Below, in pieces: positions 10,425 to 20,905 of a stretch of 32,000 nt of DNA. The stretch is taken from the NCBI RefSeq assembly GCF_000011805.1, contig NC_006840.2. One strand, 5' to 3'. The first letter of the stretch is position 1; every line of letters starts with the position of its first letter. A program made the translations under genes and the position numbers. The notes under the pieces were generated by a model, which was not told where the DNA came from, ran no database searches, and saw only the letters and a program-made list of their open reading frames with translations. The stretch is from Aliivibrio fischeri ES114. Its GTDB lineage: Bacteria; Pseudomonadota; Gammaproteobacteria; Enterobacterales; Vibrionaceae.

Positions 10425-11756
10425 CTATGATAGGAAAATTGCTTTTTTCCATTGATAATAGAATGTCACAGCCAAACTCACCCCCCGCATTGCCATAAAT
10501 GAAATCATAGCCGCCCAAAGCGCATGATTTCCGTTATCTTGCATTAACCACCAAACAGAGAAGAAGGTTATCATGGCGATAAACATGGAATTTCTCATCT
10601 CAGAGCCTTTGGTTGCTCCAACAAAAATACCATCCAACAAGAAACACCACATTGATACCAATGGCATGGCAATTAACCAAGGCAAATAAATCAACGCTGT
10701 TTTTTGCACATCTTCAATTGAAGATATCATTGCGATTAACTGATAACCAAATACACCAAATACCAAACTGAGTAAGCTACTTATCACTAAACTCCAAAAA
10801 GTCGTACCAATAAGAGAATCCGTTAGCTGAGTTCTACTTTTTGCTCCAATCGCCTTTCCTACCATTGCCTCCATTGCATAAGCAAACCCATCCATACCAT
10901 AAGAAATCATCATTAAGAAGCTCATTAATACTGCATTTGCAGCAACAATATCTACACCTAATGATGCTCCTTGAAACGTCATAAAAGTAAAGCAAGCTTG
11001 TAAGCACAGAGAACGTAAGAATATATCTCGATTTAAATTCAAGAGACGCTTAAAACCCGATAATAAATCAGATAGCGACATAATAAAGCTAGGTAACACG
11101 AGCTTATTACTCTGTTTTAAGACAAACCACAAACCGATTACTAATGAAGAATAATCGGCAATGACGGAAGCAAGTGCCGCACCTTCAACTTTCCAATGAA
11201 AACCAACCACAAACAAAAGATCGAGAATAATATTAATGCTATTGGTTATGATAACTAGCCACATAGGATAACGAGCATTTTGCGTACCCAGTAACCAGCC
11301 CATGATAACCAAATTACTTAATGCTGCTGGCGCACTCCATATACGAATAGAAAAATATTGCTCGGCATAGTGCTTCACTTCAACAGAAGCGTCACTGAAT
11401 GAAAAAATGATCTGAGAAAGTGGCTGATGAAAAAGCAGTAAAATAAAAGAGAAGCACAAAGCAAGAAAAATACCTTGAGAAAACGTCTGACTCAACGCAT
11501 TTTTATTTTCTGCACCATAAGCTTGAGCGGTTAATCCTGTTGTTGCCATGCGAAGAAAACCCAATAACCAAAACGTCACACTGATCATTGTGCCGCCCAC
11601 CGCTACACCACCTAAATACCAAGCATGCTCTAAATGCCCAATAACAGCAACATCAATTAATCCTAATAAAGGAATAGTGATATTTGATAGCACCATCGGA
11701 ATAGCTAATGCTAGCACTTGCCGATGTAATGAAAGGTTTCTTAATGAATTCCACAT
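10425..11756 (-). CDS. dinF: MATE family efflux transporter, DinF type
   Basis: 443-aa polytopic ORF with MATE signatures (PMVLSNITIPLLGLIDVAVIGHL, ATTGLTAQAYGAEN). Near lexA. Confidence 0.88.
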   Translation of the reverse strand: MWNSLRNLSLHRQVLALAIPMVLSNITIPLLGLIDVAVIGHLEHAWYLGGVAVGGTMISVTFWLLGFLRMATTGLTAQAYGAENKNALSQTFSQGIFLALCFSFILLLFHQPLSQIIFSFSDASVEVKHYAEQYFSIRIWSAPAALSNLVIMGWLLGTQNARYPMWLVIITNSINIILDLLFVVGFHWKVEGAALASVIADYSSLVIGLWFVLKQSNKLVLPSFIMSLSDLLSGFKRLLNLNRDIFLRSLCLQACFTFMTFQGASLGVDIVAANAVLMSFLMMISYGMDGFAYAMEAMVGKAIGAKSRTQLTDSLIGTTFWSLVISSLLSLVFGVFGYQLIAMISSIEDVQKTALIYLPWLIAMPLVSMWCFLLDGIFVGATKGSEMRNSMFIAMITFFSVWWLMQDNGNHALWAAMISFMAMRGVSLAVTFYYQWKKAIFLS

Positions 11757-11881
11757 AGGGAGTACCGATAGAAAAAAGTAGTCACATTATTGCTTACTTT
11801 CTTATGATCCTAAACCCTGCACCCTTCAATTCATACTCTTGTCATTAAATAGAAACACCCATTCACATAAGACAAGTATCG

Positions 11882-12685
11882 TTACCAATTCATATGGATC
11901 AGCAAAGGAGTAACCCGATGCTTAAATAATGGGAACTTAACCAACCAACGCTGCCATGCCTTCCAACGAGTACAGTTATGCTCTATCGGTGAAGTAACGG
12001 ATAGATTTTCAATCCATGGTAACCATCCGGTAAAATCATGTTTAGGTTGATGTAAACCATGTTGGTATTCAGCACTACCAAGCTTTTTGCCTATCATGGT
12101 ATTGCAGCGATCCCCTGCAACAACGAATAACGCTTCTGCATGATTAAAACGACGGCCAAGCAGTTGGATAAATTTAGATAGTTGAGTTTTAGTGCAATCT
12201 AACAAAGCTTGCTCACACACAATCATGACAGGCACATTATTAGGCACAGGAAGCTCATCAATCCAGTGATCGTCACCAACAGAGCCACAACGTAAATAAT
12301 ATCGCTCATTGGTATGGAAGAGTTTTTGGCGCCAAAGCAAATTTTCATTAATATCAAGCTCAAGCCAATGACAACGTCCATTATCTAAACGATAAAAACG
12401 TGTATCTAAGCCTGCGCCAACATTAACAACCCAGCCTGATGGATTTGATTTTAGAAATTTAGAAACTTGTTGATCACACTGAACCGTCAAAGTTGCGTGA
12501 AGAAGCTGTTTTTGGTCTATATCTCCAGAGAGACATTCAGCAGAAAGGTGACAGCGCTGACAAGCCGCTGCAGCAATAGGGTCATAAATGAGCCCATTGT
12601 CGATCATACTTTCACGGCTTCTTAACCAAAGAGGTTGCAATAAACGTGAAGGAATTTTATGGCCGAGGTTCGTCATTATCATCAT
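11882..12685 (-). CDS. class I SAM-dependent methyltransferase, leucine carboxyl methyltransferase (LCM/PPM)-like; start may be the ATG at 12676
   Basis: VVNVGAGLDTRFYRLDNG LCM-type motif I. VMIVCEQALLDC. Confidence 0.8.
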   Translation of the reverse strand: MMIMTNLGHKIPSRLLQPLWLRSRESMIDNGLIYDPIAAAACQRCHLSAECLSGDIDQKQLLHATLTVQCDQQVSKFLKSNPSGWVVNVGAGLDTRFYRLDNGRCHWLELDINENLLWRQKLFHTNERYYLRCGSVGDDHWIDELPVPNNVPVMIVCEQALLDCTKTQLSKFIQLLGRRFNHAEALFVVAGDRCNTMIGKKLGSAEYQHGLHQPKHDFTGWLPWIENLSVTSPIEHNCTRWKAWQRWLVKFPLFKHRVTPLLIHMNW

Positions 12686-12703
12686 CCTTAGTGAATAGGA
12701 CTA

Positions 12704-12722
12704 AATGATAATAACTATCATT
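12704..12722. promoter_or_regulatory. Fur box upstream of the LCM-like methyltransferase
   Basis: AATGATAATAACTATCATT. Core TGATAATAACTATCA differs from TGATAAT-N-ATTATCA at one position. Perfect 7-bp inverted arms AATGATA/TATCATT. Confidence 0.7.
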
Positions 12723-12801
12723 ACCACTTGTAAAGATTTATTTCAGCTAAACAAGCGATAATGATGATTATATAGTGTCAATCTAGATGATTAGATTGTA
12801 A

Positions 12802-13428
12802 TTACATCCAAGTTGTACTTCTGATCACACCAACAGCAAGACCTTCAATACTTAAACTTTGAGAAGTTAAATCCACTTCAATTGGTGAAAATTCTTCATT
12901 TTCGGCATGAAGAAATACCATAGAGCCTTTACGCTCTAAGCGTTTTACCGTTACATCATCATCAACACGAGCAACAACGACTTGACCATCGCGAACGTCT
13001 TGAGTTTTATGAACCGCAAGTAAATCACCATCCATAATTCCAATGTCTTTCATGCTTTCGCCGTTCACGCGTAATAAGAAATCAGCTTGTGGCTTAAACA
13101 TTCCAGGATCAACTTTATAGTGGCTCTCAACATGCTCTTGAGCAAGAATCGGCTCCCCTGCTGCAACTTGACCAATGAGTGGAACACCCAGTTCTTCATC
13201 ATGATGATCTGCATCTTGCAGTAGAATACGTATTCCACGAGATGCACCAGGAATAATTTCTATCACCTGCTTACGAGCTAATGCCTTTAAGTGCTCTTCC
13301 GCCGCATTCGCTGAACGAAATCCCAACTCACGAGCAATTTCTGCACGTGTTGGTGGCATGCCAGTATCATCAATTTTTGCTTTGATAAGATCAAAGACTT
13401 CTTGCTGTCTTGCCGTTAGCGGCTTCAT
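12802..13428 (-). CDS. lexA: LexA repressor
   Basis: [19 protein letters not shown], cleavage site GQVAAGEPI, catalytic GESM and VKRLE. Confidence 0.97.
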   Translation of the reverse strand: MKPLTARQQEVFDLIKAKIDDTGMPPTRAEIARELGFRSANAAEEHLKALARKQVIEIIPGASRGIRILLQDADHHDEELGVPLIGQVAAGEPILAQEHVESHYKVDPGMFKPQADFLLRVNGESMKDIGIMDGDLLAVHKTQDVRDGQVVVARVDDDVTVKRLERKGSMVFLHAENEEFSPIEVDLTSQSLSIEGLAVGVIRSTTWM

Positions 13429-13435
13429 AAATCAC

Positions 13436-13451
13436 CTGTCTGTTTATACAG
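13436..13451. promoter_or_regulatory. LexA (SOS) box 1
   Basis: CTGTCTGTTTATACAG matches CTGT-N8-ACAG. Confidence 0.85.
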
Positions 13452-13455
13452 TTCA

Positions 13456-13471
13456 CTGTGAGTATATACAG
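13456..13471. promoter_or_regulatory. LexA (SOS) box 2
   Basis: CTGTGAGTATATACAG matches CTGT-N8-ACAG. Confidence 0.9.
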
Positions 13472-13669
13472 CTGTGCTATGCTTTGAAAGACCTATTGAT
13501 TAAAAATAAGACAAAATCGCTTACTTTTCTGTCATATGACTCATACAATTGCGGATATTCTGTTCATCCCTATTAAAAGGTTTGACCAGTTCTGCTATTC
13601 TTGCCTGAAATTGTAAGCATCTATTATACGGCCGACTGCTCGGTACATAACTAAGGCGTTATTGTCATT

Positions 13670-16093
13670 ATGTCTACAGGACACACTATTTATCATTCTT
13701 TACTAAAGTTGCCACTATCGGTAATGGTGAAGAGTAGCTCGATTCCATCGAATCCTATTGAAGATTTAAAAATTGATCTTGAGCGCCCAATTATTTACGC
13801 ACTACCATTTCGTTCACATGTGGATTTACTTACACTACAAAAAAGTGCCCTAGAACTTGGTTTGCCTGACCCTCTATCTCCTATCGAGATTGAAGGTGTA
13901 AAATATCCACGCTATGTATTTACTTCTATCGGACCAAAAATGTTCGATACTGATGACGATCTTCCACAAGAGTCGTTAGACCTATTTAAAATTGTATTAA
14001 AGCACCATGCTGATAATCCAGACGCTGATTTCCAACTGATCCCTACCTCTATTTTATGGGGAAGAAAGCCAGGTAAAGAAGGAACAAGTAAACCTCATTT
14101 AATGCCACTTAACGGACCTCAAAAATTTGTCACGTTAATAAAAGCAGGACGAGACTCAACCGTTCGTATTAGCCCAGTAGTATCTTTACGTTACATGGCT
14201 GATAACCACGGCTCTGATGAAGCCATTGCACATAAATTAGCGCGTGTTGCAAAAATACACTTTTCTCGCCAAAAATTAGCGGCATCAGGTCCTAACCTAC
14301 CGAATCGCCAAGCGCTATTTAATCGCTTATTAAAATCACAAGCGATTGAGAAAGTCATTTTAGAAGAAGCAAAAAGCCGAAATGTCGATGTAGAGAAAGT
14401 GCGTAAAGAAGCCATGGGTATCATGGAAGAAATCGCTACCAACTTCTCTTATTCTCTAATTAAAAATGGCAACCGTATTTTAAAATGGTTATGGAACCGT
14501 TTATATCAGGGATTAAACATCAATAACGCTTCTACTGTGCGTAAATTAGCACAAGAAGGTCATGAGATTGTTTATGTTCCTTGTCATCGTAGTCACATGG
14601 ATTACCTACTCCTTTCTTATGTTTTATACCATGAAGGTTTAGTTCCACCACATATTGCTGCAGGCATTAACTTAAACTTCTTCCCTGCGGGTCCTATTTT
14701 CCGTCGCGGTGGTGCTTTCTTTATTCGTCGTAGCTTTAAAGGTAATCGCCTGTACTCAACCATCTTCCGTGAATATTTAGCTGAGCTTTTTGCAAAAGGA
14801 TACTCAGTTGAATACTTCAGTGAAGGTGGACGTTCACGTACTGGTCGTTTATTACAAGCGAAAACAGGTATGTTAGCAATGACGGTACAAGCAATGCTAC
14901 GTGGCTTAAACCGCCCAGTTACCTTAGTACCTGTTTATATTGGTTATGAACACGTAATGGAAGTAACCACTTACGCAAAAGAGCTACGTGGTAAACGTAA
15001 AGAAAAAGAAAATGCAGGTCAGGTATTACGTACACTACGCAAACTACGTAATTTCGGACAAGGTTACGTTAACTTTGGTGAGCCTATCTCATTAAACCAT
15101 TACTTAAATGAGCATGCTCCAAACTGGTCTGAATCAATCAACCCGATTGAACCACAGAAACCAGAATGGATGACACCTGTCGTAAACGGCATCGCTAATA
15201 AGATGATGACACATATTAATGATGCTGCTGCAGCTAACGCATTAACATTATGTGCAACCGCTTTACTTGCTGCAAACCAACGAGCACTAAGTAAAGAAGA
15301 CTTAACAGAACAATTAGATTGTTACCTGCAAATTCTACGTAATGTTCCATACTCAGCAACGGCAACTGTTCCAAGTGAAGATGCTGACGCTTTATTAGAA
15401 CATGCCATTAAGCTGGATAAGTTTGTTATTGAGAAAGATACGCTAGGTGAGATTGTTTCATTAGATCGTAACCAGTCTCTACTGATGACTTACTATCGAA
15501 ATAACATTATCCATCTGTTTGCACTACCATCATTGATTGCAAAACTCGTCGTTCACCATGACACGATTACCGTAGAACAAATTCAGGACCAGATAAAATT
15601 AATTTATCCTTTCCTAAAAGCGGAATTGTTCTTACATTACAAAGAGGAAGAATTGACCTCTATAGTAAATAATCATATTGATGAATTAGTTCAACAAAAT
15701 CTGATTTTACGTGATGGTGATACACTGCAACTGTGTAATGCAAACATTCGCAAATTGCATTTACTTGCTCATACCATTTCAGAAACTCTACAGCGCTATG
15801 CAATCGCACTAACGCATCTTCAAGCATCACCAGATTTGGGCAAAGATGAATTAGAAGAGCAAAGCCAAATCATGGCTCAGCGTTTAAGTCGTCTACATGG
15901 TATCAACGCACCTGAGTTCTTTGATAAAGGTGTATTCTGCATTCTGTTTAATACTCTAAAAACAGAAGGATACCTTGATGAAGACGGCGCAGCAGTGTTA
16001 AGTAAAGTTGAGCCGTTATCGCAAGATATCGCACACCTTCTTACTCCTGAAATTAAGCTAACGATTCATGCAGTAATGACAAAAGAAGACTAA
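13670..16093 (+). CDS. plsB: glycerol-3-phosphate 1-O-acyltransferase
   Basis: 807-aa ORF with [27 protein letters not shown] and [14 protein letters not shown] motifs. Confidence 0.96.
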   Translation: MSTGHTIYHSLLKLPLSVMVKSSSIPSNPIEDLKIDLERPIIYALPFRSHVDLLTLQKSALELGLPDPLSPIEIEGVKYPRYVFTSIGPKMFDTDDDLPQESLDLFKIVLKHHADNPDADFQLIPTSILWGRKPGKEGTSKPHLMPLNGPQKFVTLIKAGRDSTVRISPVVSLRYMADNHGSDEAIAHKLARVAKIHFSRQKLAASGPNLPNRQALFNRLLKSQAIEKVILEEAKSRNVDVEKVRKEAMGIMEEIATNFSYSLIKNGNRILKWLWNRLYQGLNINNASTVRKLAQEGHEIVYVPCHRSHMDYLLLSYVLYHEGLVPPHIAAGINLNFFPAGPIFRRGGAFFIRRSFKGNRLYSTIFREYLAELFAKGYSVEYFSEGGRSRTGRLLQAKTGMLAMTVQAMLRGLNRPVTLVPVYIGYEHVMEVTTYAKELRGKRKEKENAGQVLRTLRKLRNFGQGYVNFGEPISLNHYLNEHAPNWSESINPIEPQKPEWMTPVVNGIANKMMTHINDAAAANALTLCATALLAANQRALSKEDLTEQLDCYLQILRNVPYSATATVPSEDADALLEHAIKLDKFVIEKDTLGEIVSLDRNQSLLMTYYRNNIIHLFALPSLIAKLVVHHDTITVEQIQDQIKLIYPFLKAELFLHYKEEELTSIVNNHIDELVQQNLILRDGDTLQLCNANIRKLHLLAHTISETLQRYAIALTHLQASPDLGKDELEEQSQIMAQRLSRLHGINAPEFFDKGVFCILFNTLKTEGYLDEDGAAVLSKVEPLSQDIAHLLTPEIKLTIHAVMTKED

Positions 16094-16114
16094 TTTAACG
16101 TCCCTTTCTTTAAA

Positions 16115-16159
16115 TACAAAAAAAGCCAGTATGATATTAGTCATACTGGCTTTTCTTTT
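16115..16159. terminator. bidirectional terminator between plsB and ubiA
   Basis: AAAAGCCAGTATGA-tattag-TCATACTGGCTTTT, perfect 14-bp arms. Confidence 0.9.
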
Positions 16160-16170
16160 AAAACAACACG

Positions 16171-17028
16171 TTAAATTAAAACGCTTGCACTGATAGCAAT
16201 AAAAATCAGTCCACCGACATAGTTATTATTTAAAAACGCTTTAAAGCAAGCTTCCCTTTCACGTCCTTTTATTAACCATTGCTGATACACAAAAAATCCA
16301 GCAGCCGCTAATATTCCCCAATAATAAATACCAGAAAGCGCTAATTGAGAGCCTAATACGATCAATAATGCCAATACCGATAACTGCAATAAACCGATAA
16401 TCGTTTTATCATAGCGTCCAAACAAAATGGCTGTTGATTTAATACCAATCTTTACATCATCATCTCTGTCCACCATTGCATACTGTGTATCGTAGGCGAT
16501 CGTCCACAATGCATTAATCACAAACAGTAACCACGCTTCAGGTGGTACCTGATTTGATTCTGCTGCGTATGCCATTGGAATTGCCCAGCTAAATGCTAGT
16601 CCAAGTACAAACTGAGGGAGATACGTCACTCGTTTCATAAAAGGGTAAGCTATGGCAAGAACAATACCGATACCCGATAGCATAATGGTTAAGGTGTTCA
16701 TGGTTAAAACAAGAAGAAAAGAACACACAACCAAAACAGCAAAAAGAGACAACGCTTCTTTTGAAGAGATAAGTCCAGAAGGCAATGGACGATTAGCCGT
16801 TCGTTTTACATGACCATCCACTTTACGGTCCGCAAAATCATTAATCACGCACCCCGCAGAGCGCATAAAAACCACACCTAATACAAATACAATCAGTACA
16901 TGCCAATCAGGTAATCCATCGGCTGCTAAAAATAAAGCCCACAATGTTGGCCATAAAAGTAATAGAGAACCAATTGGACGATTCATTCGGGTCAGTTGCC
17001 AAAACGCCTCTGCTTTTGACATGTTCAT
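16171..17028 (-). CDS. ubiA: 4-hydroxybenzoate octaprenyltransferase
   Basis: [19 protein letters not shown] and [13 protein letters not shown] motifs. Confidence 0.96.
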   Translation of the reverse strand: MNMSKAEAFWQLTRMNRPIGSLLLLWPTLWALFLAADGLPDWHVLIVFVLGVVFMRSAGCVINDFADRKVDGHVKRTANRPLPSGLISSKEALSLFAVLVVCSFLLVLTMNTLTIMLSGIGIVLAIAYPFMKRVTYLPQFVLGLAFSWAIPMAYAAESNQVPPEAWLLFVINALWTIAYDTQYAMVDRDDDVKIGIKSTAILFGRYDKTIIGLLQLSVLALLIVLGSQLALSGIYYWGILAAAGFFVYQQWLIKGREREACFKAFLNNNYVGGLIFIAISASVLI

Positions 17029-17567
17029 GATTCCACTTCCTTTGAATAAATGGGTGCTTCTGGTAAAAATAACTCTGCAACTAGCATAGGTTTATTATTC
17101 ATCCATAATCGAGAACGACGAGCAAACAACTCTCCTCTTTCTGTCATTATTGTTCCTACTTGTAATTTATCTCTATGTGCACTTTGAGCACTAAATACAG
17201 TAATACCTAAAGGTGTATGACCTTGACGAGTTAAATCATGCGGCTGATCTTGCAATGATGATAACGGAATTAATGTTCTACCATAAACCCACGATTGCTG
17301 ATCACCTTTTAAGATGACTTTTCGACGCAAACACACTTCTCCGCTAAGAAGAGCTTCCTCTTCTACGGTTAATTTATCTGGATTCACATGGGTATTATCC
17401 AATACCGATACCGATAACACATTGCAATGCTGCTCTAAACGACGTGATAGTGAATCTAATCCTAGCAACCAATAACGCTGCAGGTCATTACTACACTCAA
17501 ATGTATCGGCCTCTTGCCACTGCACTCTTTTTAGTACAGAAGCACACCAAGAATTGATATCTGACAT
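17025..17567 (-). CDS. ubiC: chorismate lyase (probable start MSDINSW at 17567; longest ORF extends to 17588)
   Basis: [21 protein letters not shown] and [25 protein letters not shown]. Overlaps ubiA start. Confidence 0.92.
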   Translation of the reverse strand: MSDINSWCASVLKRVQWQEADTFECSNDLQRYWLLGLDSLSRRLEQHCNVLSVSVLDNTHVNPDKLTVEEEALLSGEVCLRRKVILKGDQQSWVYGRTLIPLSSLQDQPHDLTRQGHTPLGITVFSAQSAHRDKLQVGTIMTERGELFARRSRLWMNNKPMLVAELFLPEAPIYSKEVES

Positions 17568-17688
17568 ATTCTCTATAACATCTTTCACATATATTGCTTA
17601 TATTGAAAGATTGTAGTTAATTTTTTCTCACAACTGCCGACTATTGTATCAAGTAATAAAATAAATTGACTGATGAATGGATTAGAAA

Positions 17689-18099
17689 ATGACAAAGAAA
17701 TCATTATTTGCAGGGTTACTGCTGATTATTAGCCAAATATTCTCCCCTGCAATCCACGCAGAAGAAGAAGTCGCACCTCAAATGGGCTACTTTACACTGG
17801 CTCCAGATTTAACAACGAATTTTGTGACAACAGGAAAAAAACTAGGTTACATCCAAATTCGAGTAGATATTCTTGTTGCAGATAATCGAGATTTACCGCA
17901 ATTAGAGCGTCATAATCCACAGATCCGAAACGCATTAGTTGAAGTGTTAGGACAACAACCAGAACAAAGAATTAAATCCCTGGCGGGTCGTGAAGAAATA
18001 AGAAAAGAATGTTTAACTGCAATTAATGAGTTGTTGCTTGCAGAAACAGGAAAAACGTTAGCCGTTGATTTACTGTTTACCAAATACATTTATCAATAA
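17689..18099 (+). CDS. orphan FliL-like (flagellar basal body-associated) protein with cleavable-type signal peptide
   Basis: FliL-like segment GYIQIRVDILVADNRDLPQLERHNPQIRNALVEVLGQQ. N-terminus MTKKSLFAGLLLIISQIFSPAIHA. Confidence 0.78.
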   Translation: MTKKSLFAGLLLIISQIFSPAIHAEEEVAPQMGYFTLAPDLTTNFVTTGKKLGYIQIRVDILVADNRDLPQLERHNPQIRNALVEVLGQQPEQRIKSLAGREEIRKECLTAINELLLAETGKTLAVDLLFTKYIYQ

Positions 18100-18138
18100 C
18101 TATTTTTACGTTAGATATTTTTATTTATCTACGTCAAT

Positions 18139-18177
18139 ATAAAATGAGCGAGGTAATCATTACCTCGCTCATTTTTT
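18139..18177. terminator. bidirectional terminator between fliL-like gene and glpG
   Basis: AAAATGAGCGAGGTAA-tca-TTACCTCGCTCATTTTTTTT. Confidence 0.9.
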
Positions 18178-19020
18178 TTAACTCAATGAAGATTTTCTAA
18201 AGCGACTATCAATCCCAGCAATTATACATCCGGTGATTAAGCCTGCTAAATGCGCTGTATTTGCAATTGCCATAAAAGGTTGTACATAACCTAAAATTAG
18301 CCAAACAAGCATAAAACCAACTATTGGTTTAGATACGGAAATACCTTTCTCTGGCGCTAACCAGCCAATAAACCAAGAGTAACCGAGTAACGCATACACC
18401 ACACCAGATAGCCCACCAAAGTTAGCACCTTCAACCCAGAACTGACCTAAACCAGAAAACAGCGCTGAAAATAAAAACAGCTGTACTAACTTAGTTCGAC
18501 CTAATCGTAATTCAATATCCCCGCCTAGCTGCCACCACCACAATAAATTAAAAATTATATGTGTCGCAGAAAAGTGCAGCAATGCATGTGAGAACCAGCG
18601 CCATACTTCAACACTCTGTCCTTGATAGGCAGGAAAGTGTAACGCTTGGAAAATCGAGTTATTCCACCCTAACTGTTGCAAAGCAAAAATCACAATACAC
18701 ACAAGCATTATCGACAACGTAAAGATCCCAGCTTTAGCTTTGATCATTTTCATGAGATTAGGCGAACCATATGCAAACTTTGCTGTTCGTGTATCCGCCA
18801 TATCCCATGATGCTGATTGGTATTTAACATCATTAGGGTTACGTAAAAATGCCTGTAATTCTGATTCGACTTCCAGTAAATAAGCATCATCAGAAACAAC
18901 CCATAAAGCAAACTGCCCATCCCCTTCTGGCATCATTCTGATATCGATATGTCTTGATGCCATATAATCAATGAATGCTTGTCCTGCTCTAGGGTTTGAT
19001 AATGCGATTAATCTTTGCAT
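18178..19020 (-). CDS. glpG: rhomboid family intramembrane serine protease GlpG
   Basis: FGGLSGVVYALLGY (catalytic Ser) and ANTAHLAGLITG (catalytic His). Followed by glpE arrangement. Confidence 0.95.
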   Translation of the reverse strand: MQRLIALSNPRAGQAFIDYMASRHIDIRMMPEGDGQFALWVVSDDAYLLEVESELQAFLRNPNDVKYQSASWDMADTRTAKFAYGSPNLMKMIKAKAGIFTLSIMLVCIVIFALQQLGWNNSIFQALHFPAYQGQSVEVWRWFSHALLHFSATHIIFNLLWWWQLGGDIELRLGRTKLVQLFLFSALFSGLGQFWVEGANFGGLSGVVYALLGYSWFIGWLAPEKGISVSKPIVGFMLVWLILGYVQPFMAIANTAHLAGLITGCIIAGIDSRFRKSSLS

Positions 19021-19026
19021 ATGCTT

Positions 19027-19350
19027 TTATTTCTCCACAGGTAACCCTGCTTTATGCCAACCTTCAAATCCACCATCAACACTATAAACTTCTTCATAGC
19101 CTTGATTCACTAAATACTGAGCTGCACCTTGGCTACTATGTCCGTGATAGCACATAACCAAAACCGGTTGTTCAAAATCAACCTCATTCATTAACTCAAC
19201 GATCGTGTCATTAGTTAAATGAAATGCATTTTCTACATGCCCTCTAATGAAGGATTGTGGATCCCTAATATCTACCAATACAGCATTAAGATCTTGCTGT
19301 TGTAATTTTTCTTGAGCGTCTACTACTGATATATGTTGAAACTGATCCAT
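19027..19350 (-). CDS. glpE: thiosulfate sulfurtransferase (single-domain rhodanese)
   Basis: [20 protein letters not shown] and active-site [18 protein letters not shown] at 19350 chosen over upstream extension. Confidence 0.93.
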   Translation of the reverse strand: MDQFQHISVVDAQEKLQQQDLNAVLVDIRDPQSFIRGHVENAFHLTNDTIVELMNEVDFEQPVLVMCYHGHSSQGAAQYLVNQGYEEVYSVDGGFEGWHKAGLPVEK

Positions 19351-19391
19351 TATGAGCCTTTCTCTCTGTTTTTTATTTATTGTACCCTCGA

Positions 19392-19732
19392 TTAACCACA
19401 AGAAAAACACAGAGTACGTAAGGGTTAAACAAAGTTATCCACATAGTTATTATCCACATATTTTTTTAGACTATTTTAGCTGTTTAATTTTTACTCACCT
19501 GTGGAGAAAGCTGTGAATTACGTTGATAAAGTAGTTTATGAAAAAGCGATCCACTATATGTAGTAAAGATCCTTTTTAAAGTGTGGATATAAATTCTGTT
19601 GCTAAGCTATCGTGTTATCTAGGTTTTACTGAATTTAATTAAGATCTAAACAGATAACTCCCTACTTATACACAAGATATTTTTATTATAATCCATCGAA
19701 TTAATCAAACTCTTGATCATATCAATACATTA
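19392..19732. promoter_or_regulatory. cluster of DnaA boxes with IHF-consensus matches and GATC sites
   Basis: Exact TTATNCACA at 19435-19443, 19450-19458 and 19666-19674. One-mismatch boxes at 19392-19400, 19500-19508 (rev) and 19582-19590 (rev). IHF consensus WATCAANNNNTTR at 19703-19715 and 19720-19732. Four GATC sites. Confidence 0.5.
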
Positions 19733-19778
19733 ATGATATCAATCCGATTAATCAGTCGTTCGATTACTTCAGGTATAA

Positions 19779-19813
19779 AAAAAGGCTGAACTCTTTCAAG
19801 TTCAGCCTTTTTT
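19779..19813 (-). terminator. rpoH terminator
   Basis: AGGCTGAACT-ctttca-AGTTCAGCCT with flanking A and T tracts. Confidence 0.9.
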
Positions 19814-19829
19814 AAAATTCTTATCTTAA

Positions 19830-20690
19830 TTAAAGAACATCACCAACGGCGTCCTTCAATTTTTTCATCGCATTCTTCTCAAGTTGACGAATTCGCTCCG
19901 CCGATACTTGATAAGTATCTGCTAACTCTTGCAGTGTCGCTTTCTCATCCGCTAACCAACGAGATTGAACAATATGTTGACTACGTTCATCTAGCGTCGC
20001 AATCGCATTTGCTAAACGATTATTTGTATAATCTTCCCAGTTGTCTTCTTCTAGAGAGTATGCAACATCAGATTGCTTATCTTCTAAATAGTAAACTGGT
20101 GCCGTAAACGCCATATCACGATCATCATCTTCAGCTGGAGCTTCAAACGTTGAGTCTTGAGCTGCAAGTCGCGCTTCCATCTCTCGAACTTCAGAAGGTG
20201 CAACACCAAGATCTTTTGCAACGGCTTCAACTTCACCGTTGTTAAACCAACCTAAACGTTTTTTATTCTTTCTTAAATTAAAAAACAATTTACGTTGCGC
20301 TTTGGTTGTTGCTACTTTCACGATACGCCAGTTTCTTAATACGTATTCATGAATTTCAGCTTTAATCCAGTGCACAGCAAAAGAGACCAAACGAACACCC
20401 ACTTCAGGGTTAAAACGTTTTACTGCTTTCATTAAGCCTACGTTACCTTCTTGAATAAGATCCGCTAAAGGTAGGCCGTAACCAGAATAACCACGGGCAA
20501 CATGCACGACGAAACGAAGATGAGATAGGATCAGCTCTTTCGCTGCCTCTATTTCTTCTTTGTAGTGTAAACGCTCCGCTAGCTCACGTTCCTCTGCCAC
20601 AGTTAACATTGGGTAACTATTAACAGATCGTAGATAGCTATCGATACTATCTTGTGAAACGACAGCCATTGAATACATTTCTTTCGACAT
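19830..20690 (-). CDS. rpoH: RNA polymerase sigma-32 factor
   Basis: RpoH box [31 protein letters not shown] region 2. Confidence 0.97.
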   Translation of the reverse strand: MSKEMYSMAVVSQDSIDSYLRSVNSYPMLTVAEERELAERLHYKEEIEAAKELILSHLRFVVHVARGYSGYGLPLADLIQEGNVGLMKAVKRFNPEVGVRLVSFAVHWIKAEIHEYVLRNWRIVKVATTKAQRKLFFNLRKNKKRLGWFNNGEVEAVAKDLGVAPSEVREMEARLAAQDSTFEAPAEDDDRDMAFTAPVYYLEDKQSDVAYSLEEDNWEDYTNNRLANAIATLDERSQHIVQSRWLADEKATLQELADTYQVSAERIRQLEKNAMKKLKDAVGDVL

Positions 20691-20779
20691 TCAAATCCCC
20701 ATTTATATCTTGGCATTACTTAACTTAACCTTGCAATAATGTACTTAAAATAAACAGACTGCAAGTGAAAGGCGGAAAA

Positions 20780-20788
20780 TTATCCACA
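20780..20788. promoter_or_regulatory. DnaA box in rpoH promoter region
   Basis: Exact TTATCCACA. Confidence 0.6.
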
Positions 20789-20792
20789 CTTT

Positions 20793-20820
20793 ATTGACTA
20801 ATTTCTGTTAAGTAAGTTCA
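20793..20820 (-). promoter_or_regulatory. putative sigmaE-type promoter of rpoH
   Basis: Reverse complement TGAACTT-N15-GTCAAT, close to the sigmaE consensus GGAACTT-N15-GTCAAA. Confidence 0.6.
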
Positions 20821-20839
20821 GTTTTTAACAAAACAAAAA

Positions 20840-20873
20840 CAAAAAAGCCGCTAATTCAATCAATTAGCGGCTT
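20840..20873 (-). terminator. ftsX terminator
   Basis: - strand AAGCCGCTAATT-gattg-AATTAGCGGCTTTTTTG. Confidence 0.88.
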
Positions 20874-20905
20874 AAGATCTTATTTAAAACAAGGATCGTT
20901 TTGTT

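Noticed and set aside
12779-12798. Inverted repeat CAATCTA-gatgat-TAGATTG after lexA considered as terminator
   Set aside because: Short AT-rich stem without a T tract. Not a convincing intrinsic terminator, though an operator role is possible.
19380-19740. crtS-like chromosome 2 replication trigger site considered for the DnaA-box cluster
   Set aside because: I recall V. cholerae crtS lying in a different gene context, and I cannot match its conserved sequence by eye. A datA/DARS-like or glpE-regulatory role is a simpler hypothesis.
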